This document shows, one piece after another, positions 29,985 through 39,130 of a stretch of 64,000 nt of DNA. Both the position numbers and the translations under genes were made by a program. Under the pieces are notes generated by a model. That model did not search any database, had not been told where the DNA came from, and saw nothing but the letters and a program-made list of their open reading frames with translations. How positions within the stretch are numbered: position 1 is the stretch's first letter; each line of letters begins with the position of its first letter. Source of the DNA: an uncultured Candidatus Saccharibacteria bacterium (GTDB taxonomy: Bacteria; Patescibacteriota; Saccharimonadia; Saccharimonadales; CAYUUR01); the NCBI GenBank assembly GCA_964448075.1, contig CAYUUR010000002.1, positions 645 to 64,644 on the forward strand, read 5' to 3'.

Positions 29985-30558
29985 CTCTTACCAGTTAAAG
30001 CTGAGCCTCTACTACTTTTGATTGGCAACAGAAACCGAAACTCCTGTATGTCTGCTCGGCCTTGCCGAGCGAGCCACATACTTTTGCCAGTAGCTGCAAA
30101 AGTATGCAAAAGAGCCACACGCGACTGAAGCCACACGGTTGGCTGGACAGAACTAAAAAGCCGCACCAAAAGAACACCCTTTCAGGGTGGTCTTCACTGT
30201 TCTCTTTGAGTTGTGGAGTTCAGACCGCCTTTTGGTTGGACTCGGCTTTTTAGTGCTGCCACCCACCGGTGTTTCAGAGCGTGACCCCCGCCCGAACGCC
30301 TGTAACTGAAGAGTGTAGTTGTTGCTAAACGCGTCCGGGCGTGGAAGCCGGCATAGAGTGCAAGGCCCTGATTGAGATGTTGTATTGCTTCACAACAAAA
30401 TGGCACGGTCGTGTTTGAGCCGCAGCAAAGCTGCGGTGAGTTGGCCGTGCCGTTGTGAACAATATCAACAGCTCAGTTAAGGACTTGTGCTGCCGGGAGC
30501 TTTTGGTTACTTTTGTCGGCACAAAAGTAACAGAGACGTCAGCTTTAGCTGACAAGAG
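29985..30558 (+). ncRNA. Large, highly structured orphan RNA or folded non-coding element (~575 nt)
   Basis: Closing stem CAGTTAAAGCTGA/TCAGCTTTAGCTG plus CTCTT/AAGAG, many nested helices, repeated TACTTTTG..CAAAAGTA hairpins. G-U pairs favour the + strand. No credible ORF. Confidence 0.65.
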
Positions 30559-30570
30559 AAGATCTAACGT

Positions 30571-32163
30571 TTACTTCTTCACAACCTTGTCAGTCACATC
30601 AAAAGTATCCATATAGAGCCCCAACATCAAACGTGTCTGCGAATACAGCCCAGACAACCCGTTGTAGAGCACTGTCGTAACAGGGAACAAAATATACTGT
30701 AGCAACATAAACAAAGTACGATGTGGCTTGTAGCGTTTTGGTCGCGGTGGCAGTAAGCGCAAGCTTAAATACACCGTAACAAACAACCCGAGCATAGCCA
30801 AGGTCTGGATACGACTGACGATGAACGGCAGTTGGTTAGCGGCGATATTATCTGGGTTAAAGAGGATCGGGATAAATGCCGCAAAGGCCAGAATAAGCGG
30901 TGATGTCGCCCATGAAATATGCCCTTCCATCAAGCGGCCAAACTTCATAATCAGGTCACCTTTTGGCACGTTATTCTTGGTAAAGAAACCCTTGTTGGCA
31001 ACATAGGTAATATCTGATGCACCGTACGCCCAGCGCCGCAGTTGCACAAACTGTGCCTTCAGCGTCTTCCAATATGTAGAGGAGATAACGGCGTCTTGAT
31101 AGATTGGCAAATATAACGGGTAGACCTCGTGCTTTCCGTCATAACGGAAATACGTCCGCCAGAACTGATGCCCATCTTCAACTATGGTGCGCACGCTCCA
31201 AAAATCAGTGTCAATCAACGTCTGCAAGCTCTGGGCATGCGACGAAAAGTTGCGAATCATATGCGGCCGTAGCGCCAACACGACATTCCAAAAGGTGTTA
31301 CCGGTGGCAATCACACGGCTCGCCGCCGGTGCGTCCCAAATATTATTCGTAAACACCGGGATAGGCTGGTACGAGACATGTTGTGGTTCAGGCGTCATGG
31401 CATATAGATAACTAAGCGCATTTAGGTAGTGCACGTGCGGGCGATTGTCAGAATCTAACGTCGTAACAATCACGTTCAACGGATCAAGGTCAGTGTCTTG
31501 TTCGATATAACGCAACAATGCTCGGCCTGCATACGTGATGTTTGGCCCCTTACCTATCACCTCGCCCGGTGTGCCGGCAGGGTGTTTTACGCACATGGCG
31601 TGCCTAAAGTGTTTGCCATATGTTTTGGTAAGATCCTTGATGAGCGTATCTGTAGCTTCGCCGCCGCGCTCTTCATATGCAAACACCAATATGACTTTTT
31701 TCATGTCGAACTTACTTTTCAGCACTGCTTGAATAGTCGGTTCCAAAACATCGCGCGTTTCGTTGTATGCCGCAATCATCAGCACATGCGTGAGCTCACT
31801 TGGCTTAACGCGCGCCGCCTTCACCTGCAAACGAAGCAAATTATCATAATGCCACTTGGGGCGCTTGGCCTCAGCGTCACTGCCCTCACCTACTTCAAGC
31901 TCGTTGAGCATGGCGGCCCAATCATATTTTTGCTGTTTTTGTAGCATGTTATAGCCCTGTAGGGACCGAATATTTAAGCCGACGGCCTTTACAAACCACA
32001 GCAGCAGATACGCAATAATTATGAACGCTGCAACACCAGCATTGATCAAGCTCAGGATGAATGGCATCGCCAAGATTGTCCAGCTAATTGCACCAGGAAT
32101 GATTTCGAATAGTCTATATTTTTTGGTCTTTTCAGACTGATACGGTATTTCTATATCTTTCAT
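30571..32163 (-). CDS. CPR-type GT2 membrane glycosyltransferase
   Basis: AAYNE, GKGPN, TTLDSD, EDGHQFW, QLRRWAYG (QxxRW) and flanking TMs. Confidence 0.88.
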   Translation of the reverse strand: MKDIEIPYQSEKTKKYRLFEIIPGAISWTILAMPFILSLINAGVAAFIIIAYLLLWFVKAVGLNIRSLQGYNMLQKQQKYDWAAMLNELEVGEGSDAEAKRPKWHYDNLLRLQVKAARVKPSELTHVLMIAAYNETRDVLEPTIQAVLKSKFDMKKVILVFAYEERGGEATDTLIKDLTKTYGKHFRHAMCVKHPAGTPGEVIGKGPNITYAGRALLRYIEQDTDLDPLNVIVTTLDSDNRPHVHYLNALSYLYAMTPEPQHVSYQPIPVFTNNIWDAPAASRVIATGNTFWNVVLALRPHMIRNFSSHAQSLQTLIDTDFWSVRTIVEDGHQFWRTYFRYDGKHEVYPLYLPIYQDAVISSTYWKTLKAQFVQLRRWAYGASDITYVANKGFFTKNNVPKGDLIMKFGRLMEGHISWATSPLILAFAAFIPILFNPDNIAANQLPFIVSRIQTLAMLGLFVTVYLSLRLLPPRPKRYKPHRTLFMLLQYILFPVTTVLYNGLSGLYSQTRLMLGLYMDTFDVTDKVVKK

Positions 32164-32167
32164 GACG

Positions 32168-32524
32168 TTATTGAACGACTAGCAGTGCATTACTTACAAT
32201 TAATGCCAAAATCAGTAGCAACAGCGTGAGGACTAATACCACCAGCGACAATTCTCGCTTCTGCTCATAGACACGACTACTTATGGTTGTATTAATCACG
32301 AGGATCAGCACCGCAAAGATAACAAAGCTAATAATTGACAGTACATTACCCGGCAGAAACGGGTTGAGCCCGAGGTTCTCACGGTACTGAACAATGAACC
32401 TACCAGCGGTATTGCCACTCAGCCGTAACAGCACGGTCAGCAAAATCAGAACGGTAAAGAACGCGTTGGCGCTAATTATCGCCAAAACAAACTTGTCATG
32501 TAGGTACTTTTTTGGAATATCCAT
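32168..32524 (-). CDS. 3-TM hypothetical membrane protein
   Basis: Three hydrophobic helices; operonic with the GT2 gene. Confidence 0.75.
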   Translation of the reverse strand: MDIPKKYLHDKFVLAIISANAFFTVLILLTVLLRLSGNTAGRFIVQYRENLGLNPFLPGNVLSIISFVIFAVLILVINTTISSRVYEQKRELSLVVLVLTLLLLILALIVSNALLVVQ

Positions 32525-32557
32525 TTCTACTATTCTAGAACTTTTTGTTCGATGTTC

Positions 32558-33760
32558 CTAGTCCTTACTCAGGGTTGCGATAACATCGGGCTCAGCAACA
32601 AAGGCATCGTCTGCGTGCAATGCCCTTCGGCCAGAGAGCAACCAGTAGGCTAGCACCATGACGCTCAGCACACTCATAACTTGTACGGCCCGAAACCCAC
32701 CGTAATCACGAAACACCCAGCCCAGCAAAAAACTCATCGGTATACTCAAGGCCGTACCGGCTGCAGTCACTGTAGAAAGTAGCGAAGCGCGTACATTTGA
32801 TGGCGTCGCTTCCTGAATGCGAGTTTCTATCTGGTTATCAAGGGCAGCCGCGGCCACAATTTGCACCATAAAGACCACAAGACCGATGCGGTGATCGACT
32901 AAACCAATAACAATGAGCGGCACGGTACTGGCGATAATGAGCGGTGTCAGACGGGTGCGCAGCCGGTGCGCAATCACACTGCCAAGTGCCCACATAAACG
33001 CATAAATTGCCCAAAGAACACCAACAGCAGTAGCGTCACTGGTGTACCTGAGGATATAGAGCTGACCAAAGTCTGCCTTGAACAGTTCCATCAACGACAA
33101 TGAGATCATCACCACTGTCAGTACTCTTAGGAGCTTGATATGCAGTATCTTCTTTGTTGCACGGCCCAATTCATGCAGTACACGCTCCTTGTGTTCCAGT
33201 CGATGAAAACGTGGTTCTCGTATTGTCAGTAAAAGTACGGCGTTAATAAGGCACGGTACTATTGATATATAAAAAGCGGCCTGGAACGAAAACGCCTCAG
33301 CGACAAAACCACTGCCCACGTTAGCTACACCAACCCCAGCCAAAAACAAACCATATGCCATACCAATCGTTCGACTGTAGTCCTTAGTGCGGCCTTCTTC
33401 CTTCAGGGAATCATAGACAATTGCCTGATAACTACCCTCGATGAGTACTTCATACAAACCAAACAGCAACATACTGAGCACATATAACATCAACCCCTGG
33501 CTTAGCCCTGCCATGAGAGAACAAACACCCAGCATCATTGCGCCCAAGATGAGCGTTCCCTTGCGACTCCACTTGTCGGCCAGAATACCTGTTGGGATAT
33601 CCAAGAGCAACGCACTAAGCAATGCCGCTGCACTCGCCAGCCCCACGCCAACTTCATCAATGCCAATCGTGGCCATAAATAACTTTTCGATACCGTACCA
33701 AAAGACCAGTCCTGTCAGGAAGTTACTGAGGAGCAGTTTCTGAATTTGCGTCAGTTTCAC
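32558..33760 (-). CDS. MFS transporter
   Basis: DIPTGILADKWSRK motif A and ~12 TMs. GTG start at 33760 with SD AAGGA; the longer ORF overlaps tRNA-Gly. Confidence 0.88.
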   Translation of the reverse strand: MKLTQIQKLLLSNFLTGLVFWYGIEKLFMATIGIDEVGVGLASAAALLSALLLDIPTGILADKWSRKGTLILGAMMLGVCSLMAGLSQGLMLYVLSMLLFGLYEVLIEGSYQAIVYDSLKEEGRTKDYSRTIGMAYGLFLAGVGVANVGSGFVAEAFSFQAAFYISIVPCLINAVLLLTIREPRFHRLEHKERVLHELGRATKKILHIKLLRVLTVVMISLSLMELFKADFGQLYILRYTSDATAVGVLWAIYAFMWALGSVIAHRLRTRLTPLIIASTVPLIVIGLVDHRIGLVVFMVQIVAAAALDNQIETRIQEATPSNVRASLLSTVTAAGTALSIPMSFLLGWVFRDYGGFRAVQVMSVLSVMVLAYWLLSGRRALHADDAFVAEPDVIATLSKD

Positions 33761-33782
33761 TGAAGTATCCTTGTAGTACGGT

Positions 33783-33857
33783 TGGTGCGGGTAGGGAGAA
33801 TCGAACTCACCTCTCAGCCTTGGGAAGGCTACATAATAACCACTATACGATACCCGC
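33783..33857 (-). tRNA. tRNA-Gly(CCC)
   Basis: GCGGGTA/TACCCGC acceptor, TAGCC-TTCCCAA-GGCTG anticodon arm, CCA. Confidence 0.93.
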
Positions 33858-33979
33858 ACAGGTCAGTTTTTTGGGGTCCCCGGCCAAATCCTTTTGGCTG
33901 GGGTGAAGCGCAAGAATTGTTGGAAGCTGACAGTTTCAAGACACTTCTTGAAACGAAAAGCTGCAATACAATTCTAAGC

Positions 33980-34055
33980 TGGAGCCGGAGATGGGACTCG
34001 AACCCACGACTTGCTATTTACGAAACAGCTACTCTACCAACTGAGTTACCCCGGC
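33980..34055 (-). tRNA. tRNA-Thr(CGT)
   Basis: GCCGGGG/CTCCGGC acceptor, CTGTT-TTCGTAA-ATAG region, GGTTCGA T-loop, CCA. Confidence 0.92.
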
Positions 34056-34507
34056 ATATCCTTAAACATTATCCTGGCCATTTTTACCCGATTACTTATC
34101 TCTCTTCCCCTCCTGCCTCTACCTTTGTTCAACGCTGCATATGTTGAGGTTAGCGAATCACAGTTCGGACAAATTAATCGTAAGTTATCTTCTTGATTAT
34201 TTTGCCACACCCCGTCAATATGATCGGCAACGAGCGGAACCTTGCCAGTTACAATATTAACCTCGTCCCACCCACAAATACAACATTTATCTTCGTACTT
34301 CTCTCGCAAATATCGCTTCACATGACATGAGACTACGCCTAACCGCTGTAGCCCCGTCACCTCACCTGCTCGCCAGCTTTCAATATATAATCTGTATTGG
34401 TAGTTAGCTTGGCATTTATTACTGCAGTACTTGTATGACGCTCTTGCCGTTTTGTTACCACAGTTAATACATATTTTTGGAACATGCTTTTCCGCACCCA
34501 TGCGCAA
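34046..34507 (-). CDS. HNH endonuclease with N-terminal Zn finger, overlapping tRNA-Thr
   Basis: CINC..YCSNKC, CCICG, DHIDG..NN..NLRLICPNC. Stop codon lies inside the tRNA. Confidence 0.85.
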   Translation of the reverse strand: MRMGAEKHVPKICINCGNKTARASYKYCSNKCQANYQYRLYIESWRAGEVTGLQRLGVVSCHVKRYLREKYEDKCCICGWDEVNIVTGKVPLVADHIDGVWQNNQEDNLRLICPNCDSLTSTYAALNKGRGRRGREISNRVKMARIMFKDMPG

Positions 34508-34745
34508 ATGATAAAACAGTCTTTAACCAATATCAAGAAGTGCCGTGCTTACCGTAAGCATGTAACGATTTCGATGTACTGACCACAGTAGCAAATGCTC
34601 ACGAATATGTTATCCCTGTTGCTTTCTCTGTTAAAACGTGTATGCTTAAGTCACAGGTTCTTACTAGCCGATACATTGAAAAATGAGTGCTTCTAAGATA
34701 AAAAGGTCGTCCTGTGTTAGTTAACAAAGAAAAGAGTTCTACCAA

Positions 34746-35048
34746 ATGGCTAGTAAGTTATTCGTAGGGGGCCTCCCCTACTCAACTACCGATGACGAAC
34801 TGCAAGAAGTATTTGCCGCACACGGTACAGTACTTTCTGCAAAAGTTATCACTGATCGTGATACCGGTCGCTCAAAGGGTTTTGGTTTTGTCGAGTATGA
34901 AAATGACGACGAAGCTAAAGCTGCAATGAAGGCACTTCACGACTCAGAGCTTGGCGGTCGCCGTATTCTTGTGAACGAAGCTCGTCCACAAGAAAAGCGT
35001 CCACCACGCGACAACAACGGTGGCGGTTATTCAAACAACCGTTACTAA
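34746..35048 (+). CDS. RRM RNA-binding protein
   Basis: RNP2 LFVGGL, RNP1 KGFGFVEY, VNEARP, Gly-rich tail. Confidence 0.95.
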   Translation: MASKLFVGGLPYSTTDDELQEVFAAHGTVLSAKVITDRDTGRSKGFGFVEYENDDEAKAAMKALHDSELGGRRILVNEARPQEKRPPRDNNGGGYSNNRY

Positions 35049-35055
35049 ATGTTAG

Positions 35056-35091
35056 AAAGAACCCCTCGTTAATCCGAGGGGTTCTTTTTTT
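35056..35091. terminator. Bidirectional intrinsic terminator
   Basis: AAAGAACCCCTCG/CGAGGGGTTCTTT followed by a T-run. Confidence 0.8.
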
Positions 35092-35117
35092 ATTGGCTGT
35101 TCACGTGAGACGAACTA

Positions 35118-35249
35118 TCAGAGGATGGTTGCACTTTTCGAGGGACGACCGCCACCACGGCTAGTCTGACCTCCTTTGCGTGCAATTTCTTTCTGTCGTG
35201 CCTTGTCCATTGCCGCGAAGCCTCGCTTTGCGGGTTTTTTGTCTGCCAT
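35118..35249 (-). CDS. KGG-motif stress protein (GsiB/YciG/Con-10-like), 43 aa
   Basis: MADKKPAKRGFAAMDKARQKEIARKGGQTSRGGG..., SD AAGGGGGAG. Below the ORF-track length cutoff. Confidence 0.85.
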   Translation of the reverse strand: MADKKPAKRGFAAMDKARQKEIARKGGQTSRGGGRPSKSATIL

Positions 35250-35348
35250 TTGCTCCCCCTTTCACTTAGATGGCCTTCACAGCTTAGGGAAGATTACGAA
35301 TAACAACTATGAAAATTTTCACAGCCACCGTCCTATTCCAATGTATTG

Positions 35349-36866
35349 CTACAAGACGTTAGGATGCTGCTTCTTCCACTGAGCAACTGCGTTATCCCAG
35401 ACGCGCTTATCTGTTGTAAAAGTAAAGCAGTTCTTAGGCAGCTGGTCCTTATACGGCATTGGTCCCTGGCCCAACCATACGAAGGTGTTGTTTTTACAGC
35501 TTTTTAGGTCGGCATTTGGCGGTATATCGAGCCGACCGATACTCGGCGGCCTGTCTGCCATGAATATATTGTTCTCGAGCACCAGACTAGGGCCCTTGCC
35601 CTTTTCAAACCAACCTTTGAACAGCATGCTATAGCCATAGGTACCGTATTTCTCTGGTCTGAACATCGTATAGAACGACTTAAGGCTCATGAGATTATTC
35701 CGAATGGTCCAGGTGTTTTTGCTGCCGTCTGGGTTAATCCCTTCAAACGTTGCTGCGCTAAAGCCAGCGTAACAGCCGTCGAATAGTGAGTTTTCGGTTA
35801 TACCATTGTGCAAGAAGTCGTTCTCGACACAATCATCATGTATGTCAGAAAGATGCACATCTTTTATATGGAAGTTACTGCCCCGTTGCTCCATTCTGAT
35901 ACCATCACCTTGGTTGTGGGCGCGTAAACCCTCCACGAGGAAATCGTTCATGCGGATAGTAAACGCACCGGCATGATGGTAGTCTTTGCTCCAGGTGACT
36001 GTGCGCGAACGGTCGTCCCATGCGCCAGTGTATTTGCCACCATACCAGCAGGCTGGCCCCTTGCCGTCTACAACAATCGCCCATGAGATTGGCACGCCGC
36101 TGGCATCCGATCCATCCCAGTAAGCCTTACTAGCGTCGATTACTGTATTGTTGCTGATGCTATAGTTTTTGAAGGCAGTTTTTTGAAGCTTTGAGATCGA
36201 TTGTCTCGTGCCTTTTCTGCTTAAGCAAGTAGAAACAGGCTGAGTCGATACACTCAGACAATCAGTAAAGCTCGCTGGATTAACGGTGGCGGCCTGGAAT
36301 TCACGCACTGCAGCTTGATACGCGGCTTTTGTCTTGAACTTTTTCTGAGCAGGCTGCGACACAAACCTCGGTTGTGACACGCCTGATTTACTCTTTGCTA
36401 TGAACAGCAGCTCGTCGCCACGGCTCTTTGAAACATTAAGTTGCATTGCAGAAACTTCATTGCCCCACCAGCTTTTGTTAGTCTTGGCGGCAGCAAGCTT
36501 CTGCCCACCGCCTGACTTAACAAAAGTCTGTACCGTTACACTTGCCTGAGCAACAGCTGCCGGTTTGGTAGCCAGGATTGTCACTGTGTAGATGTCGCCC
36601 TTCAGCGCTTTACAGGCACTGAAAGTTACGCCAGCGCTACTTTTAGGATCACTCCTAATGTCTACTTTTGTGTACTTGGCAGCACGCGCAATTAGGTCAC
36701 GCTCCTTCATATGTGAGTAAATGGCGATGGATGCATAGGAGATGACTCCTGTAAATAACACCAACGCGAGCAGTTTTTGCCACATCGGTAGATCGCCAAT
36801 ACCCCGCCGCCCACCAAATTTAACCGCCTTCTGCTTTTTTCTCGTTGTAGTTCTTTTTTGGGCCAT
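35349..36866 (-). CDS. Membrane-anchored secreted protein with C-terminal pectin-lyase-like beta-helix
   Basis: N-terminal TM; 'HNQGDGIR...SDIHDDCVEND...ITENSLFDGC' beta-helix-like turns. Confidence 0.65.
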   Translation of the reverse strand: MAQKRTTTRKKQKAVKFGGRRGIGDLPMWQKLLALVLFTGVISYASIAIYSHMKERDLIARAAKYTKVDIRSDPKSSAGVTFSACKALKGDIYTVTILATKPAAVAQASVTVQTFVKSGGGQKLAAAKTNKSWWGNEVSAMQLNVSKSRGDELLFIAKSKSGVSQPRFVSQPAQKKFKTKAAYQAAVREFQAATVNPASFTDCLSVSTQPVSTCLSRKGTRQSISKLQKTAFKNYSISNNTVIDASKAYWDGSDASGVPISWAIVVDGKGPACWYGGKYTGAWDDRSRTVTWSKDYHHAGAFTIRMNDFLVEGLRAHNQGDGIRMEQRGSNFHIKDVHLSDIHDDCVENDFLHNGITENSLFDGCYAGFSAATFEGINPDGSKNTWTIRNNLMSLKSFYTMFRPEKYGTYGYSMLFKGWFEKGKGPSLVLENNIFMADRPPSIGRLDIPPNADLKSCKNNTFVWLGQGPMPYKDQLPKNCFTFTTDKRVWDNAVAQWKKQHPNVL

Positions 36867-36917
36867 AGATGATATTAGTTCCTTAGACTATCGTACCATA
36901 AGCAGTATCATGGAAGC

Positions 36918-37928
36918 CTACATAAGAACGCGTAGTAGTGTGTCAATCGAATCTTCTAACGTAAAGAATCGTGATGCAACCTCGCGCTCTTTGCGACTGA
37001 CTTCACCGAGTGCAATGGCTTCTTCAATACCCTTCACAAGTGCCTTGGGACTACGCGGCTTGACAAGGGTAAGAAGGCCGCAGTTGGTCTGTGGGATACC
37101 GCCAATGTTACTTGCCACGACCCGACAACCCGCATGCTGGGCCTCGACCGATAGCATACCGAACGGCTCATTGAATACTGAAGGCATTAGAAGTACATCA
37201 TGCCGAGAAAGTACGTTAGCCATGTCTTTAACACTGTTTTGCGCGGGAATAAGCTTGGCATAAGGATATGCCCGCAGCATCTGCTCTAGCGTCTTGCCAG
37301 ATTCTACATTAAGCCCTGCGGTCACAATACTGACCCGCCAGTCAGCCTTCTCACCCTCGTAGCTGAGTCGATGTTGCATCTCAAGCAGCGTGTAGATGCC
37401 CTTCTCCGGGTGCAGACGTCCTGCAAAGATAAGACGCGGATGCTTAACTGGCCTGGATCGTTTGGCGGCGTAATACTCCGGCGCTGCAAACGGAGCAACT
37501 ACACGCATATGACTGACCGGGATCTCTAAAAACAACGCCCATTGCTGAGCGTTATAGAAACTGGTTGCGATAATCATTTTGTCCTGCATCCCCTTGACAT
37601 CGTAGGCATTACGCTGATAGCGGTTTGGCAAAACATTATGTACAATCACAGCCACTAAGCGGTTTCTTTTTTTAGGTGTTTTGAAGTAATTATTAACATG
37701 GACTATGTTGCCTCCTAGCTGAGCTACTTCTTTCCTGCTGGGCAAATATAGGAAAGGGATGTCATCAAAGCCAGGCGATTGTGCCTGCGATTTATTCACC
37801 TCAGTAATCACTACTCGTGCGTCAATGCCTTGGCGCAGCAATTCACGCACCTGACCGGCTGTGTACGTCTCTGAACCACCCGTCCCCGCTAACATTTGTT
37901 CTCCCGGTGGCCAGATGAAATTAATCAT
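36918..37928 (-). CDS. GT4 glycosyltransferase
   Basis: GGSETY, FAGRLHPEKG, PSVFNEPFGMLSVEA, SNIGG. Confidence 0.9.
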   Translation of the reverse strand: MINFIWPPGEQMLAGTGGSETYTAGQVRELLRQGIDARVVITEVNKSQAQSPGFDDIPFLYLPSRKEVAQLGGNIVHVNNYFKTPKKRNRLVAVIVHNVLPNRYQRNAYDVKGMQDKMIIATSFYNAQQWALFLEIPVSHMRVVAPFAAPEYYAAKRSRPVKHPRLIFAGRLHPEKGIYTLLEMQHRLSYEGEKADWRVSIVTAGLNVESGKTLEQMLRAYPYAKLIPAQNSVKDMANVLSRHDVLLMPSVFNEPFGMLSVEAQHAGCRVVASNIGGIPQTNCGLLTLVKPRSPKALVKGIEEAIALGEVSRKEREVASRFFTLEDSIDTLLRVLM

Positions 37929-37979
37929 TATAAGCCTAGTATACTACCGATCTAAATATTCCGTATTCTGTGTTAGCCC

Positions 37980-38951
37980 TTAAGCAAGCTTGCTGCGCAG
38001 CACAAGCGCCATGGCGTGTGACCAGGCTAGAGGTGTATGTGAGCATTGTTTATTATTGGCTAGGTACGACTCGGGTAGACCGTTCTTGGTGTATAAAGAT
38101 TCTGTTCGACGTAAATATTCCTTAGCCTTATCGATGTTACCAAGTTCAAAATTAGCAACGCCCAGCCATGGCAAGCCCATCACCCACTGCGACTCTTCAC
38201 CGTCCTTGGATTCATAAATATCACCAACGTAACGGATAACTCCGTGTTCGCGCAGTAACGTACTTTCGACAGCTGCTACGATATCAGCACGCTTGTAGCC
38301 GCACGGCCAAACCAGCGACAACTGCGCCAAATCAACCTCGTGCCGAGCGCTCTCTCGCGGCAATAGGTTTTCTAGATTCTGTCTTGCCACTGCTAGCATT
38401 TTTTCATCGTACTCGCAAAACCCGGACACTTTCTCAATTCCCTTGATGCAAGCAGCCAACGATGAGGCGTGGAGCGTAGGCTCTTCTTCCCACATGCCGT
38501 TGTCAGCGTCACGCGAATATTGGCAAGTCTCAAGGTAATGCACCAGTTGTTGACAAACCTTTTTCATCTCACTAGTTAGTAGCGACAGGTCAGTTTGGTA
38601 CATTTTCCCCAGCCCTAACAACAGCACACCAACAGCATCGTGCTGCTTATTGCTCCACTCACCGCTCACAATTGCGCCTTCGGCAGTAAAGCGCGGCGGC
38701 AGTACTTGATCGCTTTCTACTGGATAAGTCCTTCTTTCCAGCAGTAAATGATATTTAGCTATGATCCCGCAAAGAGCTTGGTAAACTCTAGCGGCATCCT
38801 TGCTTTGACCGATTTCCTGCAAGGCCAGCGCCACATAGACGTTATCTCGTATCCAAACATGTTGATAGTCGGGGCCGTCTCCAGCAAGAAACAATCCGTT
38901 GGCAAGCTGTTGAGACCTAATCACTTCAAGATCTTTGTTAAAGTCATGCAT
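37980..38951 (-). CDS. GH15-family (glucoamylase/trehalase-like) glycoside hydrolase
   Basis: Y..VWIRD, Q.D, GMWEE, RYVGD.Y, LPESY, PLAWSHA. Confidence 0.85.
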   Translation of the reverse strand: MHDFNKDLEVIRSQQLANGLFLAGDGPDYQHVWIRDNVYVALALQEIGQSKDAARVYQALCGIIAKYHLLLERRTYPVESDQVLPPRFTAEGAIVSGEWSNKQHDAVGVLLLGLGKMYQTDLSLLTSEMKKVCQQLVHYLETCQYSRDADNGMWEEEPTLHASSLAACIKGIEKVSGFCEYDEKMLAVARQNLENLLPRESARHEVDLAQLSLVWPCGYKRADIVAAVESTLLREHGVIRYVGDIYESKDGEESQWVMGLPWLGVANFELGNIDKAKEYLRRTESLYTKNGLPESYLANNKQCSHTPLAWSHAMALVLRSKLA

Positions 38952-39130
38952 GTATTCATAATAGCAAACATCCTACCGTCTCGCGCCGTGCCCGATACCC
39001 CGAACAAGATTCATTGGAACTACTGCACGTATCGCGCAAGCATGAGCAATAAGAAACGCGTTTGATCGCGTCACATTTGATGAGCCGTAGCGGAGGAAAT
39101 GTGGAACTTTTATGCTCAAGAAAGTTAGAA

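Noticed and set aside
29966-30555. Five short ORFs in the nrdR-GT2 spacer
   Set aside because: They overlap each other on both strands, have no motifs or RBS, and are better explained by the structured element.
29985-30558. Group I/II intron or tmRNA identity for the large element
   Set aside because: It does not interrupt a gene. I found no GUGYG start or domain V, no group I P7 motifs, and no tRNA-like GGGG...CCA ends.
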